Origin: an uncultured delta proteobacterium
Lineage (GTDB): Bacteria > Desulfobacterota > Syntrophobacteria > BM002
Direction of reading: 5' to 3'
NCBI GenBank assembly: GCA_963712115.1
Contig: CAVQGX010000046.1
Span: 1-64,000, forward strand
DNA length: 64,000 bases
A model generated the notes under the pieces. The model worked only from the letters and a program-made list of their open reading frames with translations. It was not told the origin of the DNA and made no database searches. Shown here piece after piece: positions 38,700 to 46,913 of the stretch. The translations under genes were made by a program, and so were the position numbers. The first letter of the stretch is position 1. Every line of letters begins with the position of its first letter.

Positions 38700-39920
38700 T
38701 TATGGATCTGTTCTGCCGAAGACTAGGGTGGTGTTGTTACCGCCGAAAGCAAAGGAGTTTGATATCGCCACCCCAATGCTGACCTTCCTGGGCTCATTGG
38801 GAACGTAGTCCAGGTCGCAGTCCGGATCTGGTTCCTCGTAGTTCAAAGTTGGAGGAAGCACCCCATGATAGAGGGCCAAAATGGCGGCAATGGCCTCCAC
38901 CGCTCCGGCTGCCCCGAGACAGTGTCCCAGGGCGGACTTCACCGAGCTTATGGGGAGCGAATGGGATCTTTCCCCAAAAAGTCTTTTGATGGCCAGGGTT
39001 TCCACTTTGTCGTTAATCACCGTTCCAGTGCCGTGGGCGTTGATATAATCCACTGCCTCTGGTGGTATTCCAGCAGAGGCAAGTGCATTGGACATGCTTC
39101 TCTCCGCTCCTTCTCCTTGGGAATCTGGAGAGGTCATGTGATAGGCATCGGCGGAAATGCCATATCCCATAACTTCTGCATATCCAGATACCCCATGGAG
39201 CTTCGCCAGTCGCTCAGATTCCAGAACCAAGATGGAACCACTCTCACCCAGTACCAATCCCTCCCGATTTCGATCAAAAGGTCGGCAGGTCTTGCGGTCC
39301 ACTGAACGTAGCGCATTGAAGCCGGAAAAAGTCAGCTCCGAGAGGGACTCAGCACCTCCCGCAACAACCACATCGGCCTTTCCTGACCGAATGAGATCCG
39401 CACCGTACCCTATGGCGGTGGCGCTGGAAGAGCAAGCTGTGGCAATGGTAGAGCGAACTCCGGAAAAGCCGTAGAGATTTCCAATGGCGTCGGTAAGATT
39501 GCAGGCGGGAAAAGGCATAAGCAAAGAAGGTCGGGGCCGGAGACGTCCCTCATAGAGCTGGCGGCGGTATTTCTCTGCCTCGAAAACACCACCGGCACCG
39601 GCGCCCATAACAACAGCGACTCGCTCCGGCGATACATTGCGCTCCATGATCTTCGCTTCCAGCAGGGCTTCTTGGGCGGCCCACAACCCCAGATGATCAC
39701 ACCGGCCCATGCGACGACATTTATGGGGAGAGAGCCTGGAGAGGAAATCAACATTCCGCACCTGCCCTCCCATACGACTGCGGTAGCCGGAGACCTCAAA
39801 AAGGTCAACCTCGCCAAGCCCACACTTTCCCTGGCTGAGCCCATTCCAAAACGTCTCTTTCTGCTCCCCCAGAGCGCAGATAATTCCAATGCCAGTAACG
39901 ATTACACCGGAATGAGGCAT
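38700..39920 (-). CDS. fabF: Beta-ketoacyl-ACP synthase II
   Basis: TACSSS, NAHGTGT, GHCLGAAG, NSFAFGGNN. Confidence 0.9.
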   Translation of the reverse strand: MPHSGVIVTGIGIICALGEQKETFWNGLSQGKCGLGEVDLFEVSGYRSRMGGQVRNVDFLSRLSPHKCRRMGRCDHLGLWAAQEALLEAKIMERNVSPERVAVVMGAGAGGVFEAEKYRRQLYEGRLRPRPSLLMPFPACNLTDAIGNLYGFSGVRSTIATACSSSATAIGYGADLIRSGKADVVVAGGAESLSELTFSGFNALRSVDRKTCRPFDRNREGLVLGESGSILVLESERLAKLHGVSGYAEVMGYGISADAYHMTSPDSQGEGAERSMSNALASAGIPPEAVDYINAHGTGTVINDKVETLAIKRLFGERSHSLPISSVKSALGHCLGAAGAVEAIAAILALYHGVLPPTLNYEEPDPDCDLDYVPNEPRKVSIGVAISNSFAFGGNNTTLVFGRTDP

Positions 39921-39984
39921 TTACCATATCCTATCGTTGCAGGGCTTCACCAACCTGGCAGTAGCCACATGTTGGCACGCCCTT

Positions 39985-40118
39985 TGGAGTAATGGAGTGT
40001 TGGAGCGTTGGAGTATTGCGAGATTTTATTAATCTCAAGAACTCCTTTATCCCAGTACCCCATTACTCCATACTCCAGTACTCCAGTACTCCAATACTCC
40101 AATACTCCAATACTCCAG
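39985..40118. repeat. Inverted TGGAGTA/TACTCCA octamer arrays
   Basis: tggagtaa-tggagtgt-tggagcgt ... (tactccar)n. Confidence 0.75.
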
Positions 40119-40121
40119 ATC

Positions 40122-40853
40122 TCAGATCTCAAAATCCCTAAGATACCACCCTCTCCTCCAAAAAAGGCTTTTTAGAAATACCATGCAAATAAGGAAGGTA
40201 TCCGGAAAGGGTCTGAAAGAAGAGCTATCTTCATCACCCTCATGATAAATCGTTTTTATAGGGACGTATGTTATCTTCATTCCCAGCAAACCTGCCTTGA
40301 GCAATATTTCTGTCTCGGTATCATAACGGGTGGTCCAGAGTGGAATGGTCTCGAGAACTTCCCTGCCGTAGAGCCGGAATCCACTTTGGGTGTCTGTCAG
40401 AGGCTGTCCAACCGCCCAGGAGATACAGTAGACTCCGATTCTATTGGTCCAATATCTAATCCACGGCATCTTCTCGGTTTCCGCCATTCTAGAGCCAATA
40501 ACGATCTGTGACCTTGATTTGTCGTGTTCTTCAATCAGATTGGGGATTTCCACCGGGTCATGCTGCAGGTCCCCGTCCAAAGTGATGATACCCTCCCACG
40601 GTTTCTCTAGCAGATGCTTGAACCCGCTGCGTAAGGCCCAACCTTTCCCCTGGTTCTTGGCAATCCTGAGAACCTTGGCCCCACTTTCCTTTGCCAGACG
40701 GGCAGTGTCGTCCTGGGAACCGTCATCCACTACCAGAATTTCCCTTATGTGTTCACGAGTCTGACGCACCACCTCGGAGATGGTTTGAGAAAGGTTGTAA
40801 GCTGGAATAAGTGCACAAAATCTAAGAGAGGGCGCACTTTTTTGATCCACCAA
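40122..40853 (-). CDS. Glycosyltransferase family 2 (DPM/DPG-synthase-like)
   Basis: LIPAYN, VVDDGSQD, NQGKG, LDGDLQHDP, DTQSGFRLY. Confidence 0.9.
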   Translation of the reverse strand: MVDQKSAPSLRFCALIPAYNLSQTISEVVRQTREHIREILVVDDGSQDDTARLAKESGAKVLRIAKNQGKGWALRSGFKHLLEKPWEGIITLDGDLQHDPVEIPNLIEEHDKSRSQIVIGSRMAETEKMPWIRYWTNRIGVYCISWAVGQPLTDTQSGFRLYGREVLETIPLWTTRYDTETEILLKAGLLGMKITYVPIKTIYHEGDEDSSSFRPFPDTFLICMVFLKSLFWRRGWYLRDFEI

Positions 40854-40854
40854 T

Positions 40855-41292
40855 TCAGAACTCCAGATAAAGGGTCAGTGAAGCCTGCACCACTATCCTA
40901 TGGTCGACAAACCCCCTGGCGTCAAATTTATAAAGAGTGGAGTATTGCTTGACCAAACTTGCTGTGAGAAGCAACTCTTCCTCCTCATGCACCGGGTGTG
41001 CGAATGAGCACTCGTCAATGCGAACGAGAAATCCTTGGGCCCCTTGCCGAGGCTGTGGGTTTCCCTGGTCATAGCGAATACAAAGTGCTGCCAGTTGCCC
41101 CAGGGCTTCAACCACCAAAGTGGCTGGAAAAACCGAAACCCCACCATCTCGATTGATGTATGGGTGGTCGGTCTTGATCCGGAAAGTGCCTTCTACGCTG
41201 TGGCCAGATTTCAGTTTAGTAACTTTGTCGACAAAGAGAAAGGGGTATCTGTGGGGCAGTAAGTCCTGGACCTGCTCATGGGAAAGTGACAT
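40855..41292 (-). CDS. FabZ-like hotdog dehydratase lacking the canonical catalytic His
   Basis: LLPHRYPFLFVD and P..L.VEALGQ present; GHFP replaced by NRDG. Confidence 0.8.
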   Translation of the reverse strand: MSLSHEQVQDLLPHRYPFLFVDKVTKLKSGHSVEGTFRIKTDHPYINRDGGVSVFPATLVVEALGQLAALCIRYDQGNPQPRQGAQGFLVRIDECSFAHPVHEEEELLLTASLVKQYSTLYKFDARGFVDHRIVVQASLTLYLEF

Positions 41293-41346
41293 ATTTTTAA
41301 AGCCGTGATTCGCCAGAAGAATGGGGTCGGGTCTGACCAAATTATT

Positions 41347-41772
41347 TTAGTCGGGCCAAAAGTATCGGACCATCGACTCCACCCGATCTTTTATGGCACC
41401 CGTGAGCTTGTATATCATGGTGCCATCAAGTTTCTGCAAGACTTGCACCGTTTCGCCCTTGGCCAGCAAAGACCTGTCATCCCGCAGCAAAATTTCGAAT
41501 CGAAATGTCAGAGATGCTGTCTGTGGTTTCAGAAGGTGTGTTTGAATTGTGATGATGTCATTAGTGCGGGCGGGTTTCTTGAATTCACACTGTGCACTCA
41601 CCACTGGAGCAATAAATCCTAGGGCGGTGAACTGTTCAGGGAGGAGAGAAAACTTCTCCAGCACTTTCATTCGAGCCAGTTCAAACCAGGCAAAGTAGTG
41701 ACCGTACCAGGTAATGCCCCATTGATCAACCTCATTGAACCTGACCGTGGTCGTAGTCTCAACCCACCGCAT
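41347..41772 (-). CDS. Acyl-CoA/ACP thioesterase (4HBT/YbgC-like)
   Basis: VRFNEVDQWGITWYGHYFAWFE.AR, G.TVQV. Confidence 0.85.
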   Translation of the reverse strand: MRWVETTTTVRFNEVDQWGITWYGHYFAWFELARMKVLEKFSLLPEQFTALGFIAPVVSAQCEFKKPARTNDIITIQTHLLKPQTASLTFRFEILLRDDRSLLAKGETVQVLQKLDGTMIYKLTGAIKDRVESMVRYFWPD

Positions 41773-42061
41773 CTGAAGCCTTCTGAGCTGAGCTCTTTTC
41801 CAAGACGAAATCCCCTAAGGCGTTGACCGAGGCAAAAGCCCGTCGCCCCACTTCGGCGTCCGGGATCTCAACCTGATATTCCCTCTCGATGGCCACCACC
41901 AACTCCAGAGCATCAATAGAATCAAGGCCAAGCCCTTCACCAAACAAGGGTTCTGAATTAACAATGTCCTCGGGGCTGACATCTTCCAACCGCAGAGTTC
42001 GCACTATCAGTTCTTTTAGATTTGCAAGCAGATCGTTTCGCTCTAGCGGGAGAGTCTGCAA
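41759..42061 (-). CDS. Acyl carrier protein (aryl-polyene-cluster type)
   Basis: PLFGEGLGLDSIDALEL; TTG start after AGGAGG. Confidence 0.9.
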   Translation of the reverse strand: MQTLPLERNDLLANLKELIVRTLRLEDVSPEDIVNSEPLFGEGLGLDSIDALELVVAIEREYQVEIPDAEVGRRAFASVNALGDFVLEKSSAQKASDAVG

Positions 42062-42130
42062 CGGTTGTTCCTCCTTACTCAGGTGTTTGTATCATGACCG
42101 GGCCATGCAAGATTTGCTCCAACAAACTAT

Positions 42131-42865
42131 TCAGGTCAGACCTCCATCAACGCTTATAACTTGCCCGGTAATATAAGAGGCTTCCTCGGACGCCAAAAAC
42201 AGCACTGTTCCGCTTACATCCTCCGGTTGCCCGAAGTGACCCATTGGAATTGCTTGCTTGAGTTCGGCCAGGGTTCTTGCAGGTAATGACCGGGTCATAT
42301 CGGTGTCTATCACCCCTGGAGACACGGCGTTAACAGTTATATTAATTTTGCCTACCTCTCTCGCCAAGGACTTGGTAAAACTCGCCACACCGCCTTTGGC
42401 AGCAGCGTAATTGGCCTGCCCCTCCCGGCCCATAAGTCCGCTGGGAGAGACAATGTTGATTATCCGTCCCCACCTTTGGGCTATCATGGGTTTTAGTGCC
42501 AGCTTAGAGCAGATGAAAGTACCCTGCAGGTTGACCCGCAGTACATCATGCCATTCTTTCTCCGACATGAACATCACCAGGTTGTCACGCCTTATTCCAG
42601 CGTTATTGACTAAAATATCCAGACGGCCAAACTGCTCTAGAATCTGGTCGAACAAAGCTTTCATCTGGTCAAAGTCAGACGCATCTGCCTGTTGAATCTG
42701 GGCCTCGGCACTACCCAGTTCGTCCTGAAATCTTCGCGCCTGCTCTTTATCCTGGGAGTAGGTTACCACAACCTGGGCACCCTCCTGAAGAAATCTTTTG
42801 GAGATGGCGGAGCCAATCCCGCGAATTCCACCGGTTATGAGAGCAATTTTATCTTTGAATCTCAT
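42131..42865 (-). CDS. fabG: 3-oxoacyl-ACP reductase
   Basis: TGGIRGIG, NNAGI, YAAAK, NAVSPG, GQVISVDGG. Confidence 0.9.
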   Translation of the reverse strand: MRFKDKIALITGGIRGIGSAISKRFLQEGAQVVVTYSQDKEQARRFQDELGSAEAQIQQADASDFDQMKALFDQILEQFGRLDILVNNAGIRRDNLVMFMSEKEWHDVLRVNLQGTFICSKLALKPMIAQRWGRIINIVSPSGLMGREGQANYAAAKGGVASFTKSLAREVGKINITVNAVSPGVIDTDMTRSLPARTLAELKQAIPMGHFGQPEDVSGTVLFLASEEASYITGQVISVDGGLT

Positions 42866-43209
42866 GAAACCAAACTTTTTCGGCACAATGATACGTTGGT
42901 CTATACAGGATAAGCTGACGCTAAAGAAGAGGTAGTGTTGTCTATCAGATTATGTTCCTGGCGTCAAGGTGGACTCTGGTAGTGATTCCTTTTCGCCATC
43001 TGCTGTGATTAGGAGCGAAGGGTATCTAAAGATCATTTCGGGTCATTTATTGGCAGAGTTCCTGTTCAGGGAAAAGCAATCATCAGAGGCCTGAAACCTG
43101 AGACTCGTGAAACCACAAGTTTGGTCAGTTGCTGATTTGTTTTGACCTATCCCATTGAAGCATCCCGCTATGCGGGGAAGGACCAGGTTTCCTAGACTCA
43201 AATGAGCCC

Positions 43210-44415
43210 ATGATTCATTTGACCAGAAAAGATCTGAAGAAAATCCGAGTTTTCGTTACAGACGGCTACTGGCGTAAGACAGTTGCCGCTGTTCGAGCCC
43301 TAGGTCGTATGGGATTGCGAGTTACCGTTAGTGAGTCTACTTATTTGGCTCCAGCACTCTTCTCCCGATACTGTTACCGCCGGGTGCGCAGTCCCTCCCC
43401 CGTTTTGCAGCCCTCCCAGTATCTCGATTTTCTCGAAGATTACCTCACTCATCATCCCCACCAGGTGCTCATGCCCATGGAGGAAGATACCCTTCTCTTG
43501 CTTGCTCAAAACAGGGAGAGATTTGCCCGCCTCACGCGACTCCCTTTTGCCGCCTACGACAACCTCCTCTTTGCTCGCGACAAACTCAAGGTGCTGAGAC
43601 AAGCTGAAGCCCTGGAGATACCGACCCCTAAAACCCATGAGATCACCAGCATTGATGAGATAGATCCACTTGCTCGGCAACTGCAATACCCGGTGGTGGT
43701 CAAACCAAGGGTGGGATCTGGAAGTGCAGGTATCTATTATGTAGCTGAGCCTTCTCAGCTCTCTTTTGCTCTGGAGCGGCTGTTACTCTCCGGACAATTG
43801 CCGCTGGTCCAGGAAAGATTGCCTGCTGACGGCGCAGGAATTGGCGCCAGTTTCCTCCTGGACCAAGAGCATCAAATACGTGCCAGCTTTATTCATCGAC
43901 GCATCCGAGAGTATCCGGTAGAGGGTGGTCCAAGCACTCTGCGAGAAAGTATTATCCACGATCAAGTAAGACATGATGGTGCCAGACTATTGCAAAACAT
44001 GCATTTAACCGGCGTGGCTATGGTTGAATTCAAAATAGACAGTCGTGACGGCAAGGCCAAGCTCCTCGAGGTAAATCCGCGCTTTTGGGGGTCATTGGCT
44101 CTGGCCATCAACGCCGGAGTGAATTTTCCTTACCTTCTCACCCTAATGGCTATGGACTTGGATTTCCCCCCGGTGCTTGATTACAGGTTGGGACATTTTT
44201 GTCGTTGGTTGCTGCCAGGAGACATCTTACATTTTCTCAAGAATCCCGGAAGGTGGCATCTAAAACCTAGCTTTTTTCAGTTCCGCAAGCCCAATTTGAC
44301 TTATGACATTGTTGATCTGAAAGATCCTTTGCCCATCCTGGGGAGCGTTCTGGCTTTGCTGCCTTTTTATCTAAGTCAGGACTTTATCCATGTCCGCACC
44401 CGTAGAGGAAGCTGA
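43210..44415 (+). CDS. ATP-grasp carboxylate-amine ligase
   Basis: DK, YPVVVKP..GSGS, LVQERLP, MVEFK.D, LEVNPRFWGS. Confidence 0.85.
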   Translation: MIHLTRKDLKKIRVFVTDGYWRKTVAAVRALGRMGLRVTVSESTYLAPALFSRYCYRRVRSPSPVLQPSQYLDFLEDYLTHHPHQVLMPMEEDTLLLLAQNRERFARLTRLPFAAYDNLLFARDKLKVLRQAEALEIPTPKTHEITSIDEIDPLARQLQYPVVVKPRVGSGSAGIYYVAEPSQLSFALERLLLSGQLPLVQERLPADGAGIGASFLLDQEHQIRASFIHRRIREYPVEGGPSTLRESIIHDQVRHDGARLLQNMHLTGVAMVEFKIDSRDGKAKLLEVNPRFWGSLALAINAGVNFPYLLTLMAMDLDFPPVLDYRLGHFCRWLLPGDILHFLKNPGRWHLKPSFFQFRKPNLTYDIVDLKDPLPILGSVLALLPFYLSQDFIHVRTRRGS

Positions 44416-44482
44416 ACTCAAAACAAAAAGTCATTGAAAAATACTTGCAGTTAAGCTAAATAGTTAAGACTTTCGATCTCTG

Positions 44483-44768
44483 GCCCGGATATTTCACCAA
44501 ACGGCTCGGCGAGACCGTTATGATGGCCGTGCCTGCCCGCCATGCGAGCCCGCCCGGCATTCGCCTGAGGCGAAGCCAATGGCGGACGGGCAAGGCGAGG
44601 CGGGCGGGTCACCGGGCAACCGTAAGGGTTGGCCCTTTGTACATTGCGTTGCAGGGTGAGCTTGTCCTGCCTGTCCCGAGGGTAGTCGCGGGGAGCCTGC
44701 CGAAGGAACGCGCGAGGACGCCCGGTCTCCATCTCCTAGGGTCTTCAGCTCGGAGAGAAGTTTGGTCA
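44483..44768. repeat. Composite MITE-like element with nested palindromic insertions
   Basis: Outer accaaac/gtttggt and gagaccg/cggtctc pairs; inserts at 44532-44608 (itself containing 44549-44590) and 44666-44706. Confidence 0.55.
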
Positions 44769-44841
44769 TGTCTACTTTGGCAGCAGACGATTGGTGGAAT
44801 ACCCGGGCTGGATTGGAAGGTCGAAATCTGGTGTTGAATTA

Positions 44842-45339
44842 ATGGGAGATTCGGTTTTATGGCTGCAGCAACATATTCATGATCACAGCCTCCTTTATTT
44901 CATAGCTCTCTATGTTGTGGGGGGAAGACCGGTAGCGATCTTAACCGCGAGCTTTGTTAAACTCAATCTTCTGTTTTTCTTCCCCCTCGTTGTTTTCATG
45001 GACATCTTACAGGTTCCCTGTTTTTACTACCTGTACGAACATACGTTCACCAGCGATCGGCTTAAGCGACTAAGTGGTTATTTTCAACGAAAGGGCGAGG
45101 TAGCCAAAGATCGAAGTTTCTTTCAAAGGTTGAAAACTCTAGGTGATGTGGGCGTAGTGCTCCTCACTATGCTGCCGGTCAAGGGAGGCGGCATGTGGAG
45201 CGGCGTGTTTCTGGCCCACATTACAGGTATGCCCAAAAAGACAAGCTATCCCCTGCTAATTGTTGGTAGCCTGCTGGGCAGTCTCATGTTTCTGGGCCTA
45301 GGCGATGGTCTAATTCGTTTCTACCACCTCATAGCCTGA
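44842..45339 (+). CDS. Small multidrug-export-like membrane protein (COG2426-like)
   Basis: Four hydrophobic segments, GGRPVAI, LP..GGGMWSG. Confidence 0.7.
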   Translation: MGDSVLWLQQHIHDHSLLYFIALYVVGGRPVAILTASFVKLNLLFFFPLVVFMDILQVPCFYYLYEHTFTSDRLKRLSGYFQRKGEVAKDRSFFQRLKTLGDVGVVLLTMLPVKGGGMWSGVFLAHITGMPKKTSYPLLIVGSLLGSLMFLGLGDGLIRFYHLIA

Positions 45340-45530
45340 TTGGCCTATTCCTTTCCCTTCCCCTGGCGTCTATAACCTGCGGTTGGGCGAGGAGGGGATT
45401 AAAATATACCGGTTCCCTTCGTGACACTTTATTTTGTGCTTGCTTATGTAATCTCCGGTGATAATAAGAAAATAGAAATGCTATATTTATTTAAATTCGT
45501 ATGTAAACTTCGGATTCTTGGAGGGAAATT

Positions 45531-46913
45531 TTGAAGACCAATAGCCATCGGCTGGAGGTTTACGCCATCAACTTGTTAATGGCTTCCCTGGCCAGCATTA
45601 ATAACGATAAGCTCTTCAAGCTCACTTATAGGTCGGTGGCTAAACTTGCCGAGAAACTAGCGAAAAGGGATTACTACGTCCGCAGAATTCGCTGGATCCG
45701 TGACCTCTTCGATCAAGGGCACCCTAGCCTGGAAATTACCAAGAAAATACTTAAAACACTTAATCCCCATCACCGCAAAACCATAATTCAGAGTTACGTC
45801 ATCAACCAACTCCTGGTGGGAACCAACAAGAGGAAAGCATTTGCTCAAGAGCCGGGAGGTTTCTATCCGCCGGGATTCCTGGTCCTCAGCCCATCCATGC
45901 GCTGCAACCTGAACTGTTTCGGCTGTTATGCCGGCAGTTACCAACAGAAGGAAGAATTGAGTTTTGAGACCATAGATCGGATTCTCAACGAGGCCAAGGA
46001 AATAGGCATTTATTTCATTACCGTTTCCGGAGGTGAGCCCTTTTTCCGCCAAGACATTTTCGACCTCTTTCGCAAGCACAATGACATGTCCTTCCTGGTC
46101 TACACTCACGGGGGCCTCATTGACGAAAAAATGGTTGAAAAGATTATCTCGGTGGGCAATGTGCTACCCTCCATAAGTATCGAAGGCTTAAAGGAGTACA
46201 CGGATCTGAGGCGGGGAAGTGGGCACTTCGACCGGGTTATGGGCGCCATGGACATGTTGCGGCAGGCCGGAGTGCTATTCGGCTATTCTGCCACCCAAAC
46301 CAGAGATAACCACGATACCATTACCAGCGATGAATTCGTTGATTTTATGATTGACAAGGGGTGTCTTCTCGGCTGCTACTTCATGTATGTTCCAGTGGGA
46401 AGGGACCCCAAGACAGAACTTATGCCCACTCCTGCCCAAAGAGATTACCTGAGGGGTTCACTTGGTCGCTGGCGAAATAGTAAGCCCATCCTTTTCATAG
46501 ATTTTTGGAACGATGGTCCCGTGGTAAATGGCTGCATGTCAGGCGGCCGCAAGTATGCCCATATCAATTCCAAGGGGGACGTAGAACCTTGCGTTTTCTG
46601 CCACTTTGCCACCCATAACGTCCACCACACATCTCTTAAAGAGGCTCTTAATTCGCCTCTTTTTCAGGCGATAAAAGGCAAAATACCATTCGATGATAAC
46701 TTGTATCGCCCTTGCATGCTGGTTGACCATCCAGAGGTAGGCCGGGAGATGGCCTTAAGGCACGGAGCTTACTTCACCCACGAGGGGGCGGAAGTCATCT
46801 TCACTGAACTGGCAGAAAAAATTGACGAGTTTGCTCACTCCTACAAGACCTTTGCTGATCCAGCTTGGCAGAAGCAATCCCAGTCGAAGCAGTCTCAAGG
46901 AGATAAGACATGA
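45531..46913 (+). CDS. Radical SAM protein with SPASM/twitch domain (possible Mss-like)
   Basis: SPSMRCNLNCFGCYAG, SGGEPF, YVPVG, DFWNDG..GCMSGGRKY.HINSKGDVEPCVF, RPC. Confidence 0.85.
   Translation: MKTNSHRLEVYAINLLMASLASINNDKLFKLTYRSVAKLAEKLAKRDYYVRRIRWIRDLFDQGHPSLEITKKILKTLNPHHRKTIIQSYVINQLLVGTNKRKAFAQEPGGFYPPGFLVLSPSMRCNLNCFGCYAGSYQQKEELSFETIDRILNEAKEIGIYFITVSGGEPFFRQDIFDLFRKHNDMSFLVYTHGGLIDEKMVEKIISVGNVLPSISIEGLKEYTDLRRGSGHFDRVMGAMDMLRQAGVLFGYSATQTRDNHDTITSDEFVDFMIDKGCLLGCYFMYVPVGRDPKTELMPTPAQRDYLRGSLGRWRNSKPILFIDFWNDGPVVNGCMSGGRKYAHINSKGDVEPCVFCHFATHNVHHTSLKEALNSPLFQAIKGKIPFDDNLYRPCMLVDHPEVGREMALRHGAYFTHEGAEVIFTELAEKIDEFAHSYKTFADPAWQKQSQSKQSQGDKT

Noticed and set aside
42090-42106. Sigma-54 site before the ACP gene
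   Set aside because: TGGCCC is present, but the -12 element reads ATGA rather than TTGC.
42890-43205. Possible ncRNA or gene remnant in the divergent fabG/ATP-grasp gap
   Set aside because: Only a short hairpin; no supportable ORF or motif.
44451-44837. Three short overlapping ORFs, and a possible 6S RNA or tmRNA
   Set aside because: Sequence resolves into nested palindromic repeats also seen at 10452 and 15589; 6S closing-stem and tRNA-like motifs were not recognisable. An Rfam search would settle it.
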